Part shown: piece by piece, positions 1 to 12,507 of the stretch | Position numbering within the stretch: position 1 is the stretch's first letter | How the letters are laid out: the number at the start of each line of letters is the position of its first letter | NCBI GenBank assembly: GCA_028534125.1 | Contig: CM052817.1 | Location: 68,326,001-68,390,000, forward strand | Reading direction: 5' to 3' | From: Lama glama | Taxonomy: Eukaryota | Length of the DNA stretch: 64,000 nucleotides | The notes under the pieces: model-generated | The model's input: only the letters and a program-made list of their open reading frames with translations | Told to the model about the DNA's origin: nothing | The model's database searches: none | Program-made: the position numbers and the translations under genes

Positions 1-148
1 CAGTTTTATTCTTATAAACTAAAATAATGTTTTTTGTGAATTCACATGACACAAAATGCTAAATTGTTTCACAGAGAGGCAAAGTGTGGAAGAGAATATT
101 CAAAAATGATACCAGTTGCGATGATGCATAATAGTTGCCCAATAAATA

Positions 149-790
149 CAGTAAATCCCCTTATTCATAGTAGTTATGTTCTATAAAATCACTGCAAACA
201 CTGAAATAGCAGATACTGAACCATTGCTCTTGGGGAAATATAGGATTAGTTTCCTGCGAGCCTCTGGTCACATTTTTGTCAATCGAGCATACATAACCTT
301 ATGTGTATTTCTGTTTAAAGACATCTTATTTAATATATATTGTTGACTAACATTGAACTCACAGCCAACAGCACTATAATGCGTGCCTGAATTAAGTTTA
401 TCTAATGCACACATTTTCTCCATAAGGCTTATCCTAACCGTCTTGCACTGAAGAACACTAGACAGTACTTTAGCACTATGCTTGGGAACCATTTTAAAAT
501 GCAAAATCACCAACAAAAAAAGCACAAAAATATGAAAAGATATGGGACCAAGTAGACCATGAAAAGGACACTTGTTTCCAGTATGAGAGCTGAAACATGA
601 AGGCAGAGCATTGCCTTGTTCAGCCTCAGCTGGAAACATGTATGTCAGGCCATTCATATTTTTTGTTGCTCTGTTCATGTCCATGAATAACTATGAAAGC
701 ACCACAAGTATTGATTCTGAGGTTACAAATAAATTTTAGTGAGTAAGAAAATTCACAAACATGGAGTCTGTGGATAATGAGAATCGCCTG
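149..790. mobile_element. MER82-like Tigger (TcMar) non-autonomous DNA transposon, full length
   Basis: TA|CAG...CTG|TA ends with imperfect terminal inverted repeats. The body matches the recalled MER82 consensus, and minus ORF 268-684 carries a transposase N-terminal HTH remnant. Confidence 0.88.
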
Positions 791-1299
791 TATTTCATTT
801 GTTCATTCTATGCTAGGGCTTGGAGGTACCAAGATGAATGAGTGCAGACCTTGTTAAATAAATTGTTAGGGTTTTGGGGTTAAAATGATTTTTCTTTCCT
901 CCTCCTCCTCTTTCTTCTTCAAAACTTCTTTTATAAAATAACAGGTATAAACTCTGATCTAATTTTACAAAATTGAATAAAGACGTAAACATTTATCTTT
1001 TATGAATAGTAGGACTTTGGTTTGAAGTTCATCAATATGTTATTCGATTCACCCTTCTACAATAGTAAGCCTGAAATAGTCTCTGAGTTTTTTGGCAGAG
1101 ACAAAAATGGATAATTATGTCAGGAACAAAAATTGAAAGTAAATAAAATTAGAAGCAAGCTTTTGATGTCAGATTTAGAAAGGCTATTCACACCAAGATT
1201 ACATGAAACCACCTGTCATTTTCTTATAGTAATTTATGTTTACTTTTCTATCTTCTCTGTTTAAAATTTTCTCTTCCAAGAGACATTCCATGGGTGCTT

Positions 1300-1560
1300 A
1301 TGAAGCCAAATTGATGGAGTCAAACAGATGTGGTCTCTAGTGCCTCTTTTTTTGTACTTACTGGCTATGTGACTGGACAAATTAATAACTTTCTGAGCAT
1401 CCTTTTTCCTCAGTTGTAAAATAAGGATACTGAAGGATATCCTCAGTTGTAAAATGGGAATAATATTAGTGAGAATATCTTCAGTTATAAAATGAAGATA
1501 ATGTTATGGGGATGAAGTGAGATACTATATAAAAATTACTTAGACTAGCTAGAGACTGAC
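1300..1560 (+). mobile_element. MIR SINE with a triplicated core segment
   Basis: ttactggctatgtgactggacaaatt...cctcagttgtaaaatggga is the MIR core. Confidence 0.65.
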
Positions 1561-1699
1561 ATGCTTTGTTTCTTCATTTCCCCAGAGAGAGGGAGCAGAC
1601 TCTTGAAACACTTGTATGTTAGAGAAAAGGGTTCCATTGCCTTCAGAGGTAAATGTAACTGTGTAAAGAATTCTTAAGCCACAACTGTCTTCTATCAAA

Positions 1700-2330
1700 A
1701 CTCTTTAAATCTTGCTCCTTTGCATTTCATGTAATACTCTAGGGAAATCTGAAGCCAACCTGTCTTTTGTATATATGTAGATAAACAGTTATCCTGCCTT
1801 AAGCCATAATACTTAACATGTTTCAGCTGACTAAATTCTAGTTCAGTTCTTTTTCCTCAGGAAAGGCAATAGTCTTTTCATTAACTTTGCCAGAGCAGGT
1901 GAGTTCTTTCAAATATAATTCATAATTTTTGTCTAGGAAAATTTCCTTCCCTCAAGACAATATTTCTTCAAGTAAAATTTTCATTCCATTTATTCTGGCC
2001 TTCTTCTCAGGAACACCTGTTATTCACAAATTGACTTTTCATTGTCTCTTCACCACATCCCTCAGTTCTCACTTTTCTCTAACTCTTTTTTCTTTGCTGT
2101 TCTCTTTTGCATGTGAGAAGTCTTTAAGTCATAAGCCAGTTTTTCTGCAGTAGCAATTCTGCTTAACATTTACAATGAGGTGCTTGCTGTGATTTTTAAA
2201 GTTATAATAATACTCCACTTCCAGGAAGATTGTATGTCTGGAACTATGTAGAACACATCTGTGAACCAGGTGGTAAGCCAAAAAGTCTCTGGTCTCTTGA
2301 AGTATTTGGGCAAATTCCACCCTCTAATGT
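1700..2330 (-). mobile_element. Ancient L1/HAL1 ORF1 remnant
   Basis: The minus strand translates to ITGVPEKKARINGMKILLEEIL...ENFP, resembling L1 ORF1 IIGVPE...EEI..ENFP. Confidence 0.55.
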
Positions 2331-2970
2331 GAAGTAGATACAAATGAGAAGCAACCTACATTTACTGAAAGTCAGTGGTGTAGCTGGGACTATGCTATGG
2401 TGCTATTTATTTCTCACAATAGTCCTATCAGATAGGATTGTTATGTACATTTTACAGATCAGAAAGCAAATACTCAGAAAGATTTGGTATCTTGACAAGG
2501 TCAGACAGCTAATAAATGCCTGAGCCAGACCTTAAATACCAAAACCTTTGTTCCTTCCATAATACCATTTATCTCATAGTAGTACACATTCCCTCTAGAA
2601 AAGCTCCCATTTGGTCTTCCAGTCATAACCTATTTTTCCTTCTTGTTGGCACTGTACTCAAATTTCATTGGCTAGGCTCCAGGTCTACAGGGAGGAAATT
2701 GAAAATAGAGAATGTTAGAATAAACATTATAGCAGCAAGAAGTTTCTTGCCAGTAGCTGGAGAGTGAGACAAAAGAACTATAAAAAGCAGACTAAATTTA
2801 CTAATTCTAGTAAAAGTTAAAATATATATCTCTATAACCACTGAGGGCATTATTATAATGCTGTATTGTAGATAATTGATATCCATAGTATGTCTTAGAT
2901 TTAGAAAGGAAAGTTATATTATATTCGAGTTTTTAAAAGAAGGCTAACAAATATGCAACCAATAAACTTT

Positions 2971-3136
2971 ATTTAGGTTTGGTTTTGTTTTTTGGGTTTT
3001 TTTTTTTTTTGGAGGAGGGAGGTAATTAGGTTTATTTACATCTTTATTTTTAGAGGAGGTACTGTGGATTGGACCCAGGACCTCATGCATGTTAAGCATG
3101 TTCTCTACCACTTGAGCTGTATATACCCTTTCCCCC
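2971..3136 (-). mobile_element. Camelid tRNA-derived SINE (Vic-1-like)
   Basis: Reverse complement reads gggg...tatatacagctcaagtggtagagaacatgcttaacatgcatgaggtcctgggtccaatcc (pol III A and B boxes), then aaacctaattacctcc and an A-rich tail. Confidence 0.85.
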
Positions 3137-3264
3137 AACAACCTTTAAATTATACTCAAGTTTTTAAAATAAGGCTAACAACTATGCAACCAACTTAAGA
3201 AAGTCCAAAATTGTAGAAAATATTTTTGGTTGTTAGTAATTGCAAGCAAGCAAGCAAGCAAGCT

Positions 3265-3740
3265 AAGCATTCCAAATGACTGTCAATAGGAAAATAGATA
3301 CCGTACAGCTCGACAATGGAACACTTAGTAGTGAAAACAAAGTACAGGTTCATATATGCATGAATGAACCTTAGAAAACAGTGGAAAATACAATTTGCAA
3401 AAATAATGTATAAAATATAATTACATTTACCTATAGCTTAGAAATATTCAAAACTAAATGATGTAGTATTAGGTTTACATATCTATGTGGCAAAACTAAA
3501 AAGAAAGCCATTACAATGGTAAACACAAAATTCAGGATAGTGATTGTCTCAGGGTAGAGAAGGGTGAGGGAAGTACAACTGATAGGGACATATACTCAGG
3601 ACTACTTCAAGAGTATTGGTAATGTTCTATTTCTTAAGCTGGATATTGGATAACTCAATATTCATTTTATTACCAGTAATATTATTTATAACATATACGT
3701 AAAATACATTTATATGTATGAAATGTTTAAGAACAAAAAA
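3265..3740 (+). mobile_element. Old L1 (L1ME-like) 3' end fragment
   Basis: aaacacaaaattcaggatagtgattgtctc...ggtaatgttctatttcttaagctgg is typical of an L1ME 3' UTR. Confidence 0.6.
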
Positions 3741-6079
3741 TTTTACAGATTTTAGTTATGAGAAATGTTTCCAAAGATATCAGATAAGTGTTTCATTATT
3801 GTTATTATTACAAAAGAAAAATAATCGGATGGTTACATCAGGCAGCTCATTTAAAAAACAAAATTTATTAATTTATTTACCTAAAGAAATTTCTTTATAT
3901 TGGAATGTTGGGTACTAATGTACAGAAGATGGTTTTTACAAGGGGAAATTTTTGAAATAGAAGTGAAATCCTCTAAATTACAATATGCTCTGTGAAAACA
4001 TGTTTTCTATAATTTATGGTGTTTTGGGTGAATGAAGAGCAAAATTCTAGTAACAAAACACTGCATTAAATTCTAGAAAAAATGTCACCAAATTCAGAGA
4101 ATTTACATGTTGTGATATTTAATGTTAAGCCCTGAGGGTTTTAGAAATTTGGGTGGGTATTTTGGTCCTCTAGTAACCATGACTGAGCATATTATAATAC
4201 TATTCTTTTATAAGATATTTATCTTACTTCCTTCTATTATAGCTAAATTATTTTTATCTAGATTATGTAGGTAGGTAAGCTATATTATTTTTGAATCTTG
4301 CCTCAGAATAGTTAAGGATAATATTACAAAACATTTGTTAGAAAAGGGATATTAGAACTATTAGGGCTGAAAAAAAATAATCTGTACACACTTGGATATA
4401 TGGACAAATTTTTTTTGAAGGGTTAAGTTCAAGCCAGAAATCTCTAAGAAAAATTAAATTATGTGAAGATTTAGGAAGCTTTATGTATTTCCCCATTGTG
4501 TGTGTATTTTAATTGCATTATAATCCATAATTAATAATCTAATGTAGATTGACATACATGATTAAGGGGAAAAATCTATTAATTTTTACTTCTTGCTTAT
4601 GAATAAAAGGATTCAGCTTTCTTCTGGTTAAATCTCTAGAAGGCACATATATATCTTGAAGTGTTTTCAAATATTTTTCTTTGAGAAATATTTTTTCATA
4701 TGAAATAGTTTTAATTTCATCTATAATTTTGGGAGGGAATGAATTTTGGATTCTGCCATGTTTTTTATTTCTTTTTATCAGGTGGTTTGAGAACAGAGTA
4801 CATGCTGATACCTTGTATGACGGTGCCTCTTTATATGCAAAATGCTTTACTTTTCCTGGAAACTAATCTCCTTAAAAGCTAATACCCAAATCAAACAATG
4901 TACCCTTTTCATTGCTGAATAAAAAATAGGTCAGGAAGGGATTAAAAGACTGGCACTGCACTAAAGTGAAGCAATGAAAGTTTCACTCTTTAAGGTTTCC
5001 CTTGTTTTGGAGAATTTATAAATTACCAGTTAATTTAGACCCCTTCCTTCTGCCGTCTCTTACTGGCTTCTCAGAATGTAAGCCTTTATTGTTCATATGT
5101 ATGTATGAAACATTGTTTTCCTAGAAATTTTCCCATTGCATCTGTTAGAAACTTTTTAGTATCAATTAGCATTGAGTCCACTTTGCTTCCTCTGTGTATT
5201 TAATCAATGAAGAAACTTACATTGATTTTGTAAAATATTCACTTCCTCAGTTTCTGTTACTATTTTGTTCATTCACCTCTCCTTTTCTCTTAAGTATCTG
5301 ATGATCGGCACTATGCCCTGAATAGTCTCAGATTTCTTAATAGCCTTCAAGTTACTGAAGTGTTTGAGTCAATAAGCATATTTGAAAATCTACTAGGTAC
5401 AAGGAGGTATAAAAGTAGTATAGAGTTGGATAAGACAAAAGGATGTGAAGTCTCACTGAGAATCCCTTAAAATAAGACTGATAACTACAGTACCAATGTA
5501 AATTCCATCAACTGATGAAAACAGCTTTATGACTTTGAGGATGGTATCTAAACTTTTTGAACCTCTTGTATGCATATGGAAAATGGAAGGTAAATATATA
5601 TAATATATATATATATTATATATATATACACACTCACCTTTTATACAGCTTTATATAAGTAGTTTTCAGTACAGGAGATAACGTATACAAAGTACTTAGC
5701 ATAGTACTGTCACGTAAGAGGATTCCAATAAATGGTTTATATTCTTAGTACTATCTTTTATTTGGCCAGTGAACCATGTTCATTATCTCTACGTATTCTG
5801 TTTTTCCTGTTCTCAACCTATCAATTATCAAAGGATATCAGAGTCTCCATTTCTTTGCCTCTAAAATGACTGGATTAGATGGTGCGTCCTAGGGTTTCTT
5901 CCATCTTTACAATTATATAGATCTTTGTTTAAGGGAGTTGGGTCCTTAATACTAATAATCCTTATCTAAGAATTTCTGAGTTGACTCAGTATGTGTAACT
6001 ATTGTGTATCTTCTTCTCTCTTCAAATTTTTATACTTCCTCCCCTTCTCTCTTAATTCATAGACGAAAAATAAACACAA

Positions 6080-8640
6080 TCAGGAGAGGTTCTACATGCT
6101 TCCCCAGCAAAATGTGCCAGCATACCGGCTTCCATCTATATCCATACACTGCAAGTCCTCCTGCCAAATTCCCATTTAAACCCAAACCTCTCACAGTGCA
6201 CTGTATCTCAGCCCCTCATGCCCTTAATAGTTTTTTTTTCCTTTTTCTCCTGAATCATGCCTATCAGATAACAAAAATGCTAACGTGTCTTTCTTTTTTT
6301 AAAAATTCTCTCTTAACCCTGCTTAACCTACTGCTACCTCTCCATCTACCTCCTCCCCTTTAAAACAAAATACCTTAAAAGTCTGTGCTTTCAATTTCTC
6401 TTCCTCCACTCTCCTCTCAATCTTTTGTTAAAAAATTACAAACCTACTGTTTTTAAGTTGCAGAAGTAAACAGTGAATACCCATGTAGGCTTCATACCAA
6501 TTTTTACTAGTTTATCTTACCTTACAATATCTTTAACACATTCATTTTTCCTGAACTATTTGAGATTTCCTTGCAGACATTGTGACATTGCATCCTGAAA
6601 TACTTCCTCATGTTTCTCCTAAGAATAGGGACATTCTTCTAGATAACGCCAATTCAATAATTTCAGGGAGTTTAACATTAACACAATAATATTATTGAAT
6701 TTACGAACCACATTCAGATTTTCCCAATTGTTCAATAATACTTTCTCTCTCTTTTAATACCCAGTATCCAATCAAGGATTGTGCGTTGCTTTTAGTTGTT
6801 ATATATCTTTAGGCTCCTTTAACCTAGAACCCTGGTCTTCATAATTTTTGTCTTTTATGACACTGAATTTTTTTTTAAGAATCTAGGCCAAGTTTTTTGC
6901 AGAATAGCCTCAATTCAGGTTTTCCTGTTTCCTCTATTAGATGACTGTACTGTTGGCAAGTCTACAATAAAGTGACTCCTAAACGTTTTTAGCAAGTATA
7001 CTACAGAGTTGATCTATCCCTCTGAGTGCATCACATGATACCACTTTGCTTCATTATTCGTGATAAGTTTGATCACTAGGTTAAGGTGGTGCCTCTCAGG
7101 TTCCTCCATTGTAAAGATACCGATTTTCATTTGCAGTTACAATCTCTGAGAAGCTACTTTGAGGCTGTCTTGTTCCCCAGTGGTCTTTCACCTGTGGTTT
7201 TAGCATCCATTGATGATTCCTACCCAAGGCAGTTATTACTGTGGTCATTGTAATATGGTGATTTTCTATTTCTATTAGGCCTTACACATTTATTAGTTGT
7301 CCTTCTCTCTCAAACCCCTGATAATCAGGCTGATGCCCCACCACTCCTACAAAACTGCTGTTGTCAAAGTCACCAATGACTTCTATTTCTAAATCCAATG
7401 GACAAGTCTCAGTCCTTATTTTCCTTGGTGTTATCAACTGCATTTGACAAAATTAACCATTCCCTTCTCCTTGCTATACTTTATTTGGCCTCTGAGAAAT
7501 GAATAGGATTACTCTTTATTAGTCTCCTTTGCTGGTTCTTCAGCCTGTAAGCCTCTAAATGTGGAAAACCTCAGGATTTAGTCTTTTTTTTTTTTTTGCA
7601 TTCTTTTTTATTGAAGTATATAGTCAGTTCACAATGTTGCATCAATTTCTAGTGTACAGCATGTTTCAATCATACATATACATATGCTTGTTTTCATATT
7701 CTTTTTCATTATAGGTTACTATAAGATTTTGAATATAGTTTCCTGTGCTGTACAGTATAAACTTGTTGTTTATCTACTTTATATAGTTAGTATATATAAA
7801 GGTAGTTAGTATCTGCAAATTTTGAACTCCCTATTTATCCCTTCCCACCCCATTTATCCCCTAGTAACCGTAAGTTTGTTCTCTGTGAGGATTTAGTCTT
7901 AATACCTCTACTACAACTCAACATGTGGCAGTTGATTGTTCTCATTGCTCAGCCCAAAATTCTGGAGTTATACTTGACTCCTATCTTCCTTTTATCGTCT
8001 ATTTCCAATTCATCCGCAAATTCTGTTGGCTCTATTTTTAAAATATATGCCAAAGCTGATCACTTCCACCACTTCCATTGCTCTGTCCTTAGTCTGAGCA
8101 ACCATAATATCTGGGCTTGACTACAAGTAGTGTCCTAGTCAGACCCCCTGCTTCTACCCTTGCTTACCTGTAGAAATTCTTTTTAAAACGTCAAATAATG
8201 TCACAAAATCCATCTAACTCAAAGTAAAATCCAAAGTTCTTACATAGATTATAAAGCCTTGTATACTCTGGCCCCTGGCTATTTCTTTGATCTTCTTTTC
8301 TGCCAGTCCCCTATTTACTAAATCTGTTTGTTATCCCCTTTGTCTGGAAAATTCTTCCCCCAGATAATCTGTCTGCCTGGCTCAATCACCTCATTCAGAT
8401 CTCAAGTGTCACCTTATGAGAGAGGCCCGTTCAGATCATCCTCTGTAAAATAAATCTCCTGTCCCTCACCCTTTGTCCCCATCTCTGTTTATTTTTCTTC
8501 TTAGCCCCTGATGTAGTATATGTTTGTATTGTGTGTGTCATCTGTCTACCTCACTGGAATGTGTGTTCCGTGGCAGCAGTGACTGCTGTATCCCCAACCC
8601 GGAGAGCAGTGCTCAGCACCTAATAAATGTTTGTTAATTG
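6080..8640 (+). mobile_element. L2 LINE remnant, interrupted by an old L1M (~6425-7300) and a younger L1 (7586-7887)
   Basis: 7320-7480 translates to HSYKTAVVKVTND..SNGQVSVLI, like L2 RT HSTETAL.KVTND. An L2 3' end (taataaatgtttgttaa) lies at ~8620. Confidence 0.7.
7586..7887 (-). mobile_element. 5'-truncated young L1 3' end with a 13-bp target site duplication
   Basis: Poly(T) followed by ttattgaagtatatagtcagttcacaatgttg. Exact TSD AGGATTTAGTCTT at 7573-7585 and 7888-7900. Confidence 0.85.
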
Positions 8641-10329
8641 GCTGTTGGAATTGCTCTTACTTGTCTATTAATGACGGAAAGAAAATGGTTTTTTCCCCCA
8701 CTTCCACTGAAAGTTTTAGTTTTATAACTGTCCTTCTTTGCTCTTGAAATTTTGTTTACAGTGTTTACACTTTAGCAAAGAAATTATGTTTTTGTGAGTT
8801 GTATAAATTAATGGGTTATTTACAGTTTTGCTGCTTATTATTAATAATCCCTATACATTTCTTCTCAGTATTTGGATGTAATTTCTTAAAAGGCAACTAA
8901 AATTCTCGTATGTTCACCTAGTGTTGTTTCTTTTCTTATAAATGGAAGTACAAAGTCTTTTGCTAAATCATCTGCTTATGAATTTTGAAGTCCATCAGTA
9001 CAACAGTATTTATTTCAATGTTCTATATAATCCTCTAGGAAGCCTACCTATTTTCTACCAGCTTATGAAGAGAGAGTTCTTGCTTTTTTATTAACTTGAA
9101 AGTAAAAACTACATGTTTATTAGATTTGAGTAAACTAATGGAAAATTTTGACTAACTGCCATCTCCTGGTATTTTTTGTTCTATATATTTGATGTCTCTG
9201 TGTATCACATATGTGGGATTTAAACAATGGGAGGAAATACATAACTTCAAATCTGATTTTAGCAGTTCTTGGAAGTGATGAAAACCTGTTTCCCTGTTTT
9301 AAAGAGTGAGGAGATTCCCATGCCTGTTCTGTGGGTACGAAGATGTGTAGGTGTTACTCGTAGATGCCCTTATGCCGCCATGTCTGCGTCGTGAACATTA
9401 GATGATAGATTTTAGGGCTATTCATTAGGGAGGATATTTAGATGTTTATGTTATATATTTCATTAGGTATCTAGAAATGTCAAGTTTTAAGCATTATCCT
9501 GAAGAAGTCTCATAAGCAATTAGTTGTTTCTATGTATAATTAAACAGAGTATATATTTTAAACTGTGGTGAACCCTACTTATATATGACTCTGTTCTCAA
9601 AATGTATCAGAAGTTTACACCAAATATGTCATGTCATTTTCTTTTCTAAATTAATGTTCAAGAAGAAATAACTAAAGTCTTTGAGCTTCTAAACATAGCT
9701 GTTATAACTCACTTTCAAGAAAAAAATGTTTGGGTGCCTTTATTGCTTTTTATTGCTGACTCAGTATTGTGCATACCCACACAATATAGTTTTTAATCCA
9801 CTATTGACTGTTACTTATGCACTTGAAAGTCTAAGCAGCAAAGATATAGAAGTATTAGTATTTATTGAACTTTGGTTGTAAACAAAAGGAGCACTTGCTT
9901 TTAACGTACAATAACCACCCAGATAAGCCCTAGATAACTTTTCCTTTTTACTAAATCAAAGTCATTTATGCACGTAAGATTCAACTCTGGCACTCCCACC
10001 TCATGATGTTCCCTGAAAATTTGACTTTAGCATGGCTTTCATGCTGATTTTGAGATTAGAATTAAGTGTATCATCAAAATACAAAAGAATGATGTTCAAT
10101 AATGATGAAAATTTCTCTGGTGTTGAAATACAGCTGAAGCATGTCTGTACCACACAGAGGAAACAATATAGGGATACTAAAATGGGGGGGGGTGTTCTAT
10201 TCGTGTTTTTCTAAAAAAGACAGTAAACTTTTATAGACAAATATTTAACAGAAAAAAATTGGTAGTCCTGTATATATTTGTGTCCTGTTCAAAGAAGTTT
10301 TTCTAGTCCAGATTCATAATTCCTGGCAT

Positions 10330-10560
10330 GAATTGTGTGGATAGGAGCACAGGCCCTGGAGTGAGACTGGCAAGATTCAAACCCTGGCTCTACCATGGAG
10401 TAGCTAACTGTGCGACCAAGGCAACTGGCTTGTTTTTGTTTTTCCAAATAACTCATCTGGCAATGAAGTGACAGTACCAACCTCGTGACAAAGGATTGAA
10501 ACAATAAATAAAACACACTTAGCACATAACAATCATTCAGTTGTGCTAATAATAGCAAAT
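10330..10560 (+). mobile_element. MIR SINE
   Basis: ggccctggagtgagactggcaagattcaaaccctggctctacc...tagctaactgtgcgacc...cacttagcaca. Confidence 0.7.
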
Positions 10561-11689
10561 AAGACTATCTAGCGACTTTATTTATCTATTAGTGAGGAGG
10601 ATAAATGTATATATAATTATAATTATCTTCCTCGAATATTCCCTAGCTCCCTTCCACCTGACGACTGCAATCAGCAGTTCTCTCTGTATGGAGTGTTTCC
10701 CTCTTGTTTCCCATGGCTGGCTTCTTGTCATCCAGATCTCAGTTTTGTTACTTGTTTAGTAAGACTTTTCCTGACCACCTAATCTAAAATAGTCACCAAG
10801 TCAATTTTAACCATATCATCCTATTTTAATTTTCTTTATATCATTTATCACTTGATTTAATTGTTTGTTGTCAAGTTCCCTTCACTGGAATATAAGAATC
10901 TCCCTTATTCTCCATTGTGTCCTGGCTCCTTGATCAGAGCTAGACAGATAATAAGTGCTTTTTTTTTTTTAATTGCTACATCAATGACCTCTGCAGAGGT
11001 TATAATGAAAGAACCAGAGAAAGGAAGGAAGAGTCAACATTCCAATCTAGGAAAAAATGTTAGTATTTGCCTTCCCTTACCCTACCCAGGGCTTGAACCA
11101 GTGTATCCATATTTCAATAAATTCCAACCTCCCAAATGGTTCAGTTTTAGTGCAGCTTTGTTCTTTTAGATCTGTCATCTCTTGTGACTTAGGGTAAGCC
11201 CTGCCACCCACACGTCCCCAATGGTAAACTGTCCTTTCCCTCAACTGTACTGTACTGGCTGGCCCACTGCTGTACACGACTGTTGCTAGATCTGTGTGGA
11301 TATCAATACTTGTCCAGGTTGGGTACCTTCTGAATACTTATTTGGAACACTGTCCCCTTTCCTACCCATGCGTATAGCTGGGTTAGTTCCCACAATCTTT
11401 TTCTTTCCACCATTCCTTGCTGCTGAGATCCCAACATTCTTTACAGTTAGGCCATAAGGTTTAGGACTATTAGAAAGACAAAAAGGAACAGTAGGACTGG
11501 AATGCAATACAGTCCCTCTGTAACTTTTAATGAATACCGCCGCCTTGGGGCATTAACTCTGAGGGATAAGAGCTGTTCTCTATTTTGGTTATCAGCGTAG
11601 CATCAGCACCACTTCACGTACAGGTAGGTGCCATAATAAATACTATTCAAAGATGATCATTCTTACAAGCCCCATGTTAGGGTGTCTTT

Positions 11690-11970
11690 CTGATGATCTA
11701 TTGCTGCATAAATAACCGCCACAAAGTTGAGTGCATTTAAATAACCATGATCTATTTTATTCACAAATCCTCAACTTAACTAGGGCTTGATAGGAAAGTT
11801 TGTCTGTCCGGACAGCATCAGCCGGGGAGGCTTGCCTTCCCAAGGCATGGTGCTATTTTCCAAGGGCAGGTATCTCAAAAGATAGGAATTGGAAGCTACC
11901 AGAAATGGACACAGTGTTGCTTCTGTATTACACTGGTCAGGCGGTCATATCTGCCACTTCTTCATGGGAA
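11690..11970. mobile_element. MLT1-type (MaLR) LTR fragment
   Basis: ctattgctgcataaataaccgccacaaagttgagtg is a typical MLT1 terminus. Confidence 0.55.
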
Positions 11971-12369
11971 TACTGTATATTAATATAGTTTTATATTATA
12001 AAAGAATTTGGGGCCATGTCACCTTAGCTATACACCATTTTCATTTTTTAATCAAGATGAAGTATATGAAAAAAATCAAACAAGAAAACCTGTAGGTCAC
12101 ATCGTAGTAGAAATTATAATACTATAGATAAAAGAAGTGATTTTTTAAAAAAATCCTAGACTCTGGAAAAGCTAATTCTCACTATTTCAGGCTACTAGTA
12201 AATCATTTAATCTAAATCCTGTGAACACATCAAATTGGAAATTAAATTGATTCTTTGAATGATCTCAAAAGTTAATAAAACTATTAACATACCTTCCTGT
12301 TAACTTAAGCCTCTGAAAAAAAAAAAGGGGAGAAGAAATAAATACCTATTTTGTAGAGTTAACTTTTTT

Positions 12370-12507
12370 ATTTTTTAAAATTCTTTTTGATAGGGGAGGT
12401 AATTAAGTTTTTATTTATTTATTTTAATGGAGGTCCTGGGGATTGAACCCAGGACTTTGTGCATGCTAGGCATATACTCTACCACTGAGCTATACCTCCC
12501 CCTCCCC
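12370..12507 (-). mobile_element. Camelid tRNA-derived SINE (Vic-1-like) with a 15-bp TSD
   Basis: ggggattgaacccaggactttgtgcatgctaggcatatactctaccactgagctatacc. TSD AGAGTTAACTTTTTT at 12355-12369 and 12508-12522. Confidence 0.9.

Noticed and set aside
10102..10137. Box C (ATGATGA) and box D (CTGA) pair suggesting an intronic snoRNA, with similar pairs near 40209 and 42046
   Set aside because: The spacing of about 25-40 nt is too short for a C/D snoRNA, and there is no terminal stem.
12430..12507. tRNA-like sequence with A and B boxes
   Set aside because: It is the head of a SINE with an AT-rich tail and TSD, repeated four times in the window, not a tRNA gene.
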